The translations under genes were made by a program, and so were the position numbers. A DNA stretch of 64,000 bases from Candidatus Bathyarchaeia archaeon (GTDB lineage Archaea; Thermoproteota; Bathyarchaeia; 40CM-2-53-6): the NCBI GenBank assembly GCA_050013255.1, contig JBEKFP010000002.1:608001-672000 (forward strand). The letters are read 5' to 3'. Shown piece by piece: positions 1-7,563 of the stretch. The first letter of the stretch is position 1. Every line of letters starts with the position of its first letter. The notes below the pieces were generated by a model. It searched no databases, had not been told where the DNA came from, and worked only from the letters and a program-made list of their open reading frames with translations.

Positions 1-141
1 GTAAACGACAAGCCTTGTGCCGAGCGGGGTTTTGGTCATTTCAAGCCTGCTGTACCCAGCCCTTTTCAATTCCTGCGATAGGTACTCGTCAATCTCGGCC
101 CTGCGGGCGTTTTCCTTCACGAAGTACTTGTGAATGGGCAA
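1..141 (-). CDS. rps3: 30S ribosomal protein uS3, N-terminal part (runs off window)
   Basis: Hand translation from TTG at 141 gives MPIHKYFVKENARRAEIDEYLSQELKRAGYSRLEMTKTPLGTRLVVY, the archaeal S3 N-terminus; lies directly after uL22. Confidence 0.93.
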   Translation of the reverse strand, partial: MPIHKYFVKENARRAEIDEYLSQELKRAGYSRLEMTKTPLGTRLVVY

Positions 142-142
142 T

Positions 143-610
143 TCACTCGGCTACCTCGTAACCCATTAGTTCCACGTGGACGAGGGTGTTCAAGTAGGGT
201 GTGGCCCTGCCCATGGCCCTCGTGATATAACGCTGAGTCTTCATGCCTCTCTGAGAGGCCGCGTGAACGATTCTTAGGCGGTCCACGTCGAGCCCCTTGT
301 ATTCTGCGTTCGCCTCTAGTTCTTCTAAGAGAAATAGGAATGTCTTGGCGGCCTTGACCGGGTAGCGGCCCGCATACCAGCCTTCGTCGAGGCTTCTGTG
401 GGGAACTTCCTTATGGTACCGCCTGTAAGCAATTGCGCGTTTCTTCTTCGTTACTGCCTCAAGTAGCTCCTTCGCCGAATCCAACCTCATCCCGCGAAGT
501 TTCCGGCAGATTTCAACTGCCGCCTTTGGGGAAATCTTCAACTCTCTCCCAGCGCACCTGACGGCTCGGTCCGGGTCGAATTCCTTGACCGAGTATCCCC
601 AATTTGGCAT
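143..610 (-). CDS. rpl22: 50S ribosomal protein uL22
   Basis: ISPKAAVEIC, GRYPVKAA, RAMGRATP motifs. Confidence 0.97.
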   Translation of the reverse strand: MPNWGYSVKEFDPDRAVRCAGRELKISPKAAVEICRKLRGMRLDSAKELLEAVTKKKRAIAYRRYHKEVPHRSLDEGWYAGRYPVKAAKTFLFLLEELEANAEYKGLDVDRLRIVHAASQRGMKTQRYITRAMGRATPYLNTLVHVELMGYEVAE

Positions 611-743
611 TGATTTTGCACCGTGCGCCCCCGCATGTGCACAGTAACCCTAAAAAACGTTGTTTACTACTCAGCCGCCTCCGAAACTTGTTCGTCTGGT
701 AAGTTCTATCTATCTCGCGTCGTCTTCTTGACTGTGAGTTGAC

Positions 744-1190
744 ATGGAACCGAACGACATCGATTCAACAATCGAAAGCGCGATTCACGGGACCACACTG
801 AGAGTCTACTGGTACCTATTCAGGAACCCGAAACCCGTAGGAGTGCGCGAAACCCAGAGGGCGCTCTCAATGTCGAGCCCAAGCACGGCCCTGTACCACT
901 TGGAGAAATTGCGGGAGCTCGGAGTAACTGAGAAGGACGCTATGGGACAATATTCCCTGAAAGAGCAGGTGCAGGTGGGAACGCTCAAAATGTTCCTCAA
1001 GGTCGGCCACCTCATCCTACCTCGGTATCTCTTCTACGCAATCTTCCTCTCAACTGCTCTCGCTGCTTACGCATTTGGAACGATTTTGCAGAATGGCGCG
1101 GTTGAGCCCGCAGGCGTGGTTTTCGGCGTCGCGGGAGCCGGAATTTCATGGTATGAATGCGCCAGAATGTGGAAGGAACGAGTTCTGTAA
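744..1190 (+). CDS. Membrane-anchored winged-helix (ArsR-like) transcription regulator
   Basis: N-terminal wHTH (GVRETQRALSMSSPSTALYHLEKLRELG) plus two C-terminal hydrophobic helices. Confidence 0.75.
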   Translation: MEPNDIDSTIESAIHGTTLRVYWYLFRNPKPVGVRETQRALSMSSPSTALYHLEKLRELGVTEKDAMGQYSLKEQVQVGTLKMFLKVGHLILPRYLFYAIFLSTALAAYAFGTILQNGAVEPAGVVFGVAGAGISWYECARMWKERVL

Positions 1191-1246
1191 ATGAAACATG
1201 GCCTGTTCGAAAATGTAGACTTAACCAAATCTAGAATACAAAGGGG

Positions 1247-1504
1247 ATGGATGAAATGATACCCAGAGTTTGGCTGGCGGCTTTTCTTGGTGTTCTTCTA
1301 GGGGTGGGTATGGCATTCGCGACTTCTGTGCCAGTCGCCCCCGCTGCCAACAGGAACCTGCCTGCGCAAACGTTTGAGGTTACACGCCAGACTGGTGCAA
1401 CAGCTCAGCCCATTCAGTCGAGTTCTCAATTGGTTTTGCTTTCATTAGTAGCAGGAATCATCGTGGCTACGCCTGCTTTCCTAATCGCCAAAAGGCGCAA
1501 CTGA
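1247..1504 (+). CDS. Small two-TM membrane protein, unknown function
   Basis: Hydrophobic N- and C-terminal segments, KRRN tail. Confidence 0.6.
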   Translation: MDEMIPRVWLAAFLGVLLGVGMAFATSVPVAPAANRNLPAQTFEVTRQTGATAQPIQSSSQLVLLSLVAGIIVATPAFLIAKRRN

Positions 1505-1519
1505 AAATCTGCGCTGGCA

Positions 1520-1921
1520 CTACTTGAGTGGCACGTACATAGATGAACGGGAGGCTCCGATGCCTGGTGTCCCGTGTACGACTTTTTTGTTGGTTATGAT
1601 GAATTCGCCGATATAGTGGCCGATCATTTCTGGTTTGATATCGGTTGATACGAATTCTTTGCCACTGTGGACTAGGAGTGTTAGGCCGACCATCTCTGGT
1701 ATGATGACCATGTCCCTGCAATGCGTCTTGATTGGCTTAGCTTCCTTCCCTTTGCCTCTGCTGTAGTTGCGGATTAGTTCCATCAAAATTCTTTGGTCCG
1801 CTGTTAAGCCCCTTGTCAGTGACCGCCTTTGCCTCGAGGGCAGTATCCTGATGAATTCATCCATGGACATTTGCTGTAAATCGTTAATCGTGTGGCCTCT
1901 GTAGGAGAATTCACGGGGCAA
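1520..1921 (-). CDS. rps19: 30S ribosomal protein uS19
   Basis: FSYRG, IKTHCRDMVIIPEMVG, GIGASRSSMYVPLK. Confidence 0.97.
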   Translation of the reverse strand: MPREFSYRGHTINDLQQMSMDEFIRILPSRQRRSLTRGLTADQRILMELIRNYSRGKGKEAKPIKTHCRDMVIIPEMVGLTLLVHSGKEFVSTDIKPEMIGHYIGEFIITNKKVVHGTPGIGASRSSMYVPLK

Positions 1922-2002
1922 ACTTTAGCACTCAACTGTTTCGTTCGGTAATGTTCTACTTAATGTTGCCGTTTGCAGGAAGAAGAATACCGCCGAATGC
2001 TC

Positions 2003-2278
2003 TCATAGTATTCCGAGGCGAACTGCGAGGTCGGAGGCCTTAAAGTCCAGTGTTAGCTTCACGAACGCCTTCTTCTCCCCTTCAGGTGTGATCAGGGTTC
2101 TGACATCCTGGACTCGTACTTCGTACAGCTCTTGAATGGCCCTCTTGATGTCGTGTTTATCGGATTTGATGTCAACGATGAAGGTGATCTTGTTTTCTGC
2201 TTCCAACAGAGTGACCGCATCCTCTGACAGTAGAGGGTATTTGACAACTTCATTGGTAGCGAGCTTGGCCATCTTCAA
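2003..2278 (-). CDS. rpl23: 50S ribosomal protein uL23
   Basis: ENKITFIVD, TLITPEGEKKAFVKL. Confidence 0.96.
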   Translation of the reverse strand: MKMAKLATNEVVKYPLLSEDAVTLLEAENKITFIVDIKSDKHDIKRAIQELYEVRVQDVRTLITPEGEKKAFVKLTLDFKASDLAVRLGIL

Positions 2279-3063
2279 CTTCCTCCAAGCCGGCTATCAA
2301 GCCCTTTGAGCGCAGACTGAGTCCAAATCGTCAGCCGGCCTGCATGCGTGCCTGGCGCTAGGTCGCTAACGTTTAGGCTTAGAACATCAACAACTTTAAC
2401 GCCGGTAAAATTCCTGAAAGCTTTCTCGGCCCCTTGCCTCTTTGCAACCACAAGTAATGCGCTTACGGGGTGCTTGAAGGGACGACCGCGCATACTACCT
2501 TTGCCGCTGCGGGCCTTCCGTTTGGAGGCACGCTCAACGTCTTCCCACACCCCTAGGTTCTTGAGGATCTTCTCAGCGTCTGAACTCGTCGTTATCTTTT
2601 CTGTGTCGTCTGAAACAACGAGGGGTAAGTCGAAGTCTTCTGCGATTTTGTGTCCTCTTGCTTTTACAAGTTCTTTTGATGATGTTGCGGCCACCGCGGA
2701 ACGCATGGCGAGCTTAAGTTCCTTCTTGTTGATTTTCTTGGTACTCAGTTTCGCTGAGGTTGGCGGAAAAGTCAACCTGCCTTTCACGGTCCCAACCGAA
2801 AACCCCGCTTGGCCACCCCTCGGGTATCTTTCGCCTTTCACTCTGGGGACGCGGGACATACCATGGCCAACTCCCAAGGATTCCGCAGTCGTACGTTTTC
2901 CAGCCATTGGGTCACGGCCCTGAGGTTGAAAGCCACCGCTATGAAGGGCCACAACCGCTCGTCTAATCAGGTCGGTTCGAACGGGTGACTCAAAGAAGCC
3001 TGGGACTTCAACCTTGCCCACAGACTTTCCATCAGCGCCGTAAACACTCACCGTCTTTGCCAA
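2275..3063 (-). CDS. rpl4: 50S ribosomal protein uL4
   Basis: AGKRTTAES, SRVPRVKG, LAPGTHAGRLTIWT. Confidence 0.97.
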   Translation of the reverse strand: MAKTVSVYGADGKSVGKVEVPGFFESPVRTDLIRRAVVALHSGGFQPQGRDPMAGKRTTAESLGVGHGMSRVPRVKGERYPRGGQAGFSVGTVKGRLTFPPTSAKLSTKKINKKELKLAMRSAVAATSSKELVKARGHKIAEDFDLPLVVSDDTEKITTSSDAEKILKNLGVWEDVERASKRKARSGKGSMRGRPFKHPVSALLVVAKRQGAEKAFRNFTGVKVVDVLSLNVSDLAPGTHAGRLTIWTQSALKGLDSRLGGS

Positions 3064-3070
3064 GTTCTCT

Positions 3071-3997
3071 TCACCCTAGCCTCATACAATTCAATAGCCC
3101 CAATGAAATGAGCACCGCTTCCTCGGTTCGAACAGTAGCCACGTTTTGGGCTGGAACGGTGTTGATGAGGAAACTGAAGACGCCTTCGGGACTCTTTCCC
3201 TCTTGGCTGAGAATCTCCGTGAGCCCCAACCGAGGTGATCCAAAAGCTACCAAAATCGACCCAACATTTTTCATTGAACTGCTGATCTTCGGCCAAATAT
3301 CTAGTACATTAGCTCCGTATCGAGACGTCCCGATTCTGAGATCGAATCTCTCCTTCTCAAGCAGTGCTGCTAACTTGAATTTCGATTGCTTAACCCGATA
3401 GCCCCAATATATGCTTATCTTGGTTGGATCGATGATTTCACCAACCAAATTTCTTTCCAAGTTTGTTAGCTGCACTGTAATTCTCGTTCCGACTTGAAGC
3501 GCTGCGCTACATTCCAGTGTCCGTTCTAGTCCGACATCAACATCCAAGCTCCCCCCGTGCCGAGCGACAACAACTCCTTCTCGAACATCTCCTTCCTTGC
3601 AGTCGCGAATGGATCGTGGGACATCGTGGGGGGGAATCTGCAGGGGTGGAAGAATTCCTGCATACTTGAGTGAGGGGCTAAGCCCGAAGAGCCTTTTCCG
3701 CAAGTATTGTGGCGTCTCGATGAAGCCCAATATCTGTTCACAAAGCTGCATGTCCTCTCCTCGTTCTTGTTGGGCACCGTCTGGGTAGAGAATTATCTCA
3801 TGGGTACCGAAAATTGCGCAGGCACGTGCAATTGTCCCCAATTTCGCTGTTTTCTCCCTCAAGTGTGGCGTATCAGTTACCAAAGATGCAGGAATTGCTA
3901 CGCACAGTTTGGTGTCGACGCTTCCAGAATACACTTTTTCTTCTCCGCTGAGGGATGGCACCGTGTGGAAGATGAATTTTATTGCGTTAAACAACAT
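3071..3997 (-). CDS. SPOUT-family RNA methyltransferase (SPOUT1/MTH1, DUF171); true start probably ~20 codons downstream
   Basis: IETPQYLRKRLF, LKYAGILPPL, FGSPRLGL, NVATVRTEEAV; usual neighbour of the L3/L4 cluster. Confidence 0.9.
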   Translation of the reverse strand: MLFNAIKFIFHTVPSLSGEEKVYSGSVDTKLCVAIPASLVTDTPHLREKTAKLGTIARACAIFGTHEIILYPDGAQQERGEDMQLCEQILGFIETPQYLRKRLFGLSPSLKYAGILPPLQIPPHDVPRSIRDCKEGDVREGVVVARHGGSLDVDVGLERTLECSAALQVGTRITVQLTNLERNLVGEIIDPTKISIYWGYRVKQSKFKLAALLEKERFDLRIGTSRYGANVLDIWPKISSSMKNVGSILVAFGSPRLGLTEILSQEGKSPEGVFSFLINTVPAQNVATVRTEEAVLISLGLLNCMRLG

Positions 3998-4015
3998 TCT
4001 CTGAGAGTGATCGGC

Positions 4016-4153
4016 ATGAACCTAGACGATATCTCGGCCATGAACAAAATTGGCCGCTCACGTATGCTCACAGTTATTGAAAGGACGCCCGGCGTGGATC
4101 CTTCTGAGTTAACGTTGATACCGAGATTTGGAGAAGCAATACACGGCAGCTAA
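4016..4153 (+). pseudogene. Possible N-terminal remnant of a bifunctional phosphoglucose/phosphomannose isomerase
   Basis: MNLDDISAMNKIGRSRMLTVIERTP resembles the PGI/PMI N-terminus (LDD...IDxSxML..I...P), then stops after 45 aa. Confidence 0.35.
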
Positions 4154-4617
4154 AGATCTAGAATAAACCTGACAATTGCAGCATCATCACTGTGAACGAC
4201 TTCAATCTTATGAAGGGTCACGGCTTTCACTTCAACTTTAGCGCCATGCTTTCGCCTCTCGTAAGTTTCTCCGTAGACCTTTGCGATAGCTTGAATTCTG
4301 TTCGATAGCTCCCGGTCGAGTTTCACTTTGAACTTGGAAAAGACCTTGTGTTCGAGCTCAAACTTGAGTAACAAGGATTCCAGCCAGTTGTAGAGGAGGG
4401 TGACTTCATCGGGTGCGGTGACTTTCACGTTTTCAACGTGCTCGGTGGAAATGGATTTCAAATCGCACATGGTGTCAAAGAGTGCCATTCCGGCGAACTC
4501 AAGCGCCTCTTCTAGAGTTGAACCAGTCGCTTGAATGTATGCATCAGTCGTGTGGGGGAGAAGTGTGTAACCCGGGGCTGGCACTAGAAGACCTCTTCGA
4601 CGTTTCCGCGCCTGCAA
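4150..4617 (-). CDS. Archease (RtcB tRNA-ligase cofactor); likely start GTG near 4584
   Basis: HTTD, LLYNWLESLL, EVKAVTLH, C-terminal ILDL. Confidence 0.93.
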   Translation of the reverse strand: MQARKRRRGLLVPAPGYTLLPHTTDAYIQATGSTLEEALEFAGMALFDTMCDLKSISTEHVENVKVTAPDEVTLLYNWLESLLLKFELEHKVFSKFKVKLDRELSNRIQAIAKVYGETYERRKHGAKVEVKAVTLHKIEVVHSDDAAIVRFILDL

Positions 4618-4650
4618 GTTAAATAGGAATCGCCTTCAGGGATATCGCTA

Positions 4651-4775
4651 GCCGGGATGGCCGAGTGGATTAACAATGAGGACTTGGTCCAGAGGCGCAG
4701 GCCTTGAGTGAGAGATTCAACGCGAGCCTGTGGCCCTTACGGGCCTCGGGGGTTCGAATCCCTCTCCCGGCGCCA
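4651..4775 (+). tRNA. tRNA-Ser(TGA) with two introns (4673-4692 at 21/22; 4709-4724 at 37/38); CCA encoded
   Basis: Spliced product GCCGGGA TG GCCGAGTGGATTAAGGC G CAGGC CTTGAGA GCCTG, long variable arm, GGGGG TTCGAAT CCCTC TCCCGGC G CCA; D-loop intron forms GGAT/GTCC helix with TAA and AGA bulges. Confidence 0.9.
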
Positions 4776-4816
4776 ACCGACGCATTGATTTGGCAAGAGT
4801 GATGAGGAAGCTCGAA

Positions 4817-6265
4817 ATGAAAAAGACCCAAACGTTCGTAATCATTCTAGGTCTAATCATCCTTCTCTCCTTGTTGTCTTCCCCTGCCCATGCCGCGCCG
4901 AGCTTGCGGACCGACCAGCCACTCTACACAATTCGGGACAAACAAGTCACACTCGTGGGATCTGGACTCTCGCAGGGACAGGCATACGACGTCTGGCTAG
5001 AGGGGCCTAGCGATAACAAAACAGCATTCACCGGGACCAGTTTCACCGCCCTCGCCGGCGGCTTGATGCCACCTAGCGTTGTCCTACCCTTAACTGCGAA
5101 CTCCCCGCTTGGAACATATTTGGTCAGCCTATCAACTTCAACCAGCGTAGATAACTCGCAAGTAATCGCGCACTATGGAGTTTGGGGAACATTGCAGCCC
5201 CTCTACCAGAGAACTCAATCTGTCTCGATCGTTGGCGGAGGCCTATTCCCCGGAACGAGCGTTAAGTTGACGATTCGCGATCCAGCCGGGAATTACGTAC
5301 ACCAAACCACACTCGCCTCAACCACTATTGGCGATTTCAACTATACATGGAGAATACCCGAAGCCGCAATTACTGACGTATACACAATCTTCATTGACGG
5401 CACTGGAACCTACGACAACGCACAACAGGATTATGTTTCTCAATCAAAGTTCACTGTCACGCTGGCAGTGTTATCTGCGAAGATCACACAGCAACCGAAA
5501 GATGCTTACCAACGTACTGAACAGGCGACGGTTTCATTCGCTCTCCAATATCCTGATGGAAGCCCGGCCCTCAAATCAAACCCGACCGTGCATCCAGTTT
5601 TGCTCTTGCAAGACCAGGTTACAGTAGCCTTCGCTTCGCTTTCCCTAGCCGACCCGGTAAATGGTATTTGGGGTGCGAGCTCCAAGATCCTCGCGAACGC
5701 AACTCCAAGTGCAAAGTACAGATTCGAACTACCGGCCACCTCGTTTGATGACAGTTTTGGAAACAAAGGTGGCGCTGCCAATACGTATTCAAACTATTTC
5801 CAAGTGACAAATGCAAGTCTGATTATTGAAAGCCAAGTGAATGGGACACAAATCCAGATTCCGTTCGGTCAGGTCAGCATAATTTCGAAAGTTGCGTACC
5901 CAGACGGAACCCAACTGACAAACGGCACGGTTCGATTAGTTGTCTCCAGCGGATCCACAGTCGTAGAGTTGAATTCAGTGTACGACCCCACTATTCAGGC
6001 TTGGCGCGCCTCGTATTCGAGCACGTTCGCAGACATTTGGCGGGTAGGAACTTGGACACTTAAAGTAAATGCTGCCGACACTTTGGGCAACTCAGGGACA
6101 GCTACTTATCATGTTGCCGCGCAACCATACTTATTCATCGTCTTGTTGGCTGTTCTAGTGGCTGTACTGGCGTTCGGCCGGTGGACCGTTGGCCGTTACG
6201 GAAGAAAAGTCTACTTCCGCGCAAGAAAAATCATTCAGAGGTTCAGGCGAAGCGCGGTCGGATAA
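4817..6265 (+). CDS. Secreted, C-terminally membrane-anchored beta-rich surface protein
   Basis: Signal peptide MKKTQTFVIILGLIILLSLLSSPAHA, Thr/Ser-rich beta segments, C-terminal TM with Arg-rich tail; the ORF-track start at 4730 lies inside the tRNA. Confidence 0.75.
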   Translation: MKKTQTFVIILGLIILLSLLSSPAHAAPSLRTDQPLYTIRDKQVTLVGSGLSQGQAYDVWLEGPSDNKTAFTGTSFTALAGGLMPPSVVLPLTANSPLGTYLVSLSTSTSVDNSQVIAHYGVWGTLQPLYQRTQSVSIVGGGLFPGTSVKLTIRDPAGNYVHQTTLASTTIGDFNYTWRIPEAAITDVYTIFIDGTGTYDNAQQDYVSQSKFTVTLAVLSAKITQQPKDAYQRTEQATVSFALQYPDGSPALKSNPTVHPVLLLQDQVTVAFASLSLADPVNGIWGASSKILANATPSAKYRFELPATSFDDSFGNKGGAANTYSNYFQVTNASLIIESQVNGTQIQIPFGQVSIISKVAYPDGTQLTNGTVRLVVSSGSTVVELNSVYDPTIQAWRASYSSTFADIWRVGTWTLKVNAADTLGNSGTATYHVAAQPYLFIVLLAVLVAVLAFGRWTVGRYGRKVYFRARKIIQRFRRSAVG

Positions 6266-6268
6266 TTG

Positions 6269-7150
6269 CTACTGGAAAATTCCGCCAGTGTACCCGTGAA
6301 CTGTAAGTTCCTTTCTCTGCCCACGCCACTCATAGATGAATGAATAGACAGGCATCAAATATTCCGCCAGCTCCGTTATTTGGTAGCGATTGCTGAGAAT
6401 TTTCGAGAATGCACTTGGCGGTTTCACAACCATTGCGTGAAGTTTCCTGACCAAGTCTTCCTTCGTTATCGAACTCTTGCCTAATTCAGCGCCGGGTAAC
6501 TCCTTTGCCAGCTGATCCGCGCCTATTTTCTGAAGCGGCAAATTGCGGTCGAAGAAAGCTTCGGCCTCAAGGTTCTCCTTGCCCTCGGCGTCCACGAAGA
6601 TCGACCCTTCCCTGTACATGTAAGCCAATTCCGTTACGTCACCCAAGCGAATTGACTTTACCGCAGACCACTCTTTTCGACCAAGAAGCCGTTTGGCAAG
6701 ATTTGCCAAGCTCTGTGCATCAACGGATTCTTGCCCTAGAAGATCTCGTATCTTACCTTCGACCTCTACGGCCACCACATCTTCGGGCAGATCAATCTTG
6801 TATGAATTGCCCCTAAAGTAGAAGCATTCATGGTAACCTTTGATTCTCCAAAATGGCACAAGTTTGAGCCGCGGTTCCACTAAGGTTAGTACGTCTTGCT
6901 CTTTGGGTTTCACAAAGGAGAGAACCCTGTTCTTGAACAACGACCGTTTGTGTGCTTCCGCAATTTTGCTTAATTCCTCTAGCGGTTTCGGTTGGAGGTG
7001 GTAAATCTCCGGAGCTATTTTCTCAGGATTCCAGCCGTTTCCAACTCGTGAATCTTCGAAGCCGCCCGCTGATTCGAAAAGTGTTTGGAACTCGTTTATT
7101 GTTGAGTCGAGTAGCCGTTTTATCTCTTCGAAGCGGTCGTCTGCGCTCAA
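6269..7150 (-). CDS. Hypothetical soluble protein
   Basis: 293-aa ORF with normal composition, co-oriented with ssb and valS; no motif recognised. Confidence 0.7.
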   Translation of the reverse strand: MSADDRFEEIKRLLDSTINEFQTLFESAGGFEDSRVGNGWNPEKIAPEIYHLQPKPLEELSKIAEAHKRSLFKNRVLSFVKPKEQDVLTLVEPRLKLVPFWRIKGYHECFYFRGNSYKIDLPEDVVAVEVEGKIRDLLGQESVDAQSLANLAKRLLGRKEWSAVKSIRLGDVTELAYMYREGSIFVDAEGKENLEAEAFFDRNLPLQKIGADQLAKELPGAELGKSSITKEDLVRKLHAMVVKPPSAFSKILSNRYQITELAEYLMPVYSFIYEWRGQRKELTVHGYTGGIFQ

Positions 7151-7191
7151 AATCCCGCCCCAACCGCAACGGAAGGGATGTTAAGGATCAG

Positions 7192-7482
7192 CTAGGGTTG
7201 TACAGTTAGCTTTCCATAGCGACCCACGCTAAGTTGTGTCTCGCCCCGAAAGCTATCGACGTAACCGTTCTCAATCGCAATGGAGTTGTTAACTTTCACT
7301 TGGTCGATTTGCTCGTTCCAGAGGTTTAGCTTGACGGTGCCAGAATCATCGCTGACTACTGCGGTAGCGACCCGTGACTGTTCGCCCCTGCGTGTCGTTA
7401 CTTCCCTTGCCTCGGAAATTTCAAGAATCTTAGCCGTGACATCAACACGTCTCATGCCAGGCTTCAGTTCGGATATCTTCAT
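7192..7482 (-). CDS. ssb: Single OB-fold ssDNA-binding protein (crenarchaeal-type SSB)
   Basis: KISELKPGM, DDSGTVKLNLWN, ENGYVDSFRGETQLSVGRYG. Confidence 0.9.
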   Translation of the reverse strand: MKISELKPGMRRVDVTAKILEISEAREVTTRRGEQSRVATAVVSDDSGTVKLNLWNEQIDQVKVNNSIAIENGYVDSFRGETQLSVGRYGKLTVQP

Positions 7483-7563
7483 TGAAATCGAAACGCTAGA
7501 ACCACACTTGTGGTATTAAATCATTGGGCTTACTTCTGAGTACCCGAACAGTGAGGAGTTCAA

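Noticed and set aside
4730-4816. N-terminal extension of the 511-aa ORF
   Set aside because: It overlaps the 3' half of tRNA-Ser; the signal peptide begins at about 4802-4817.
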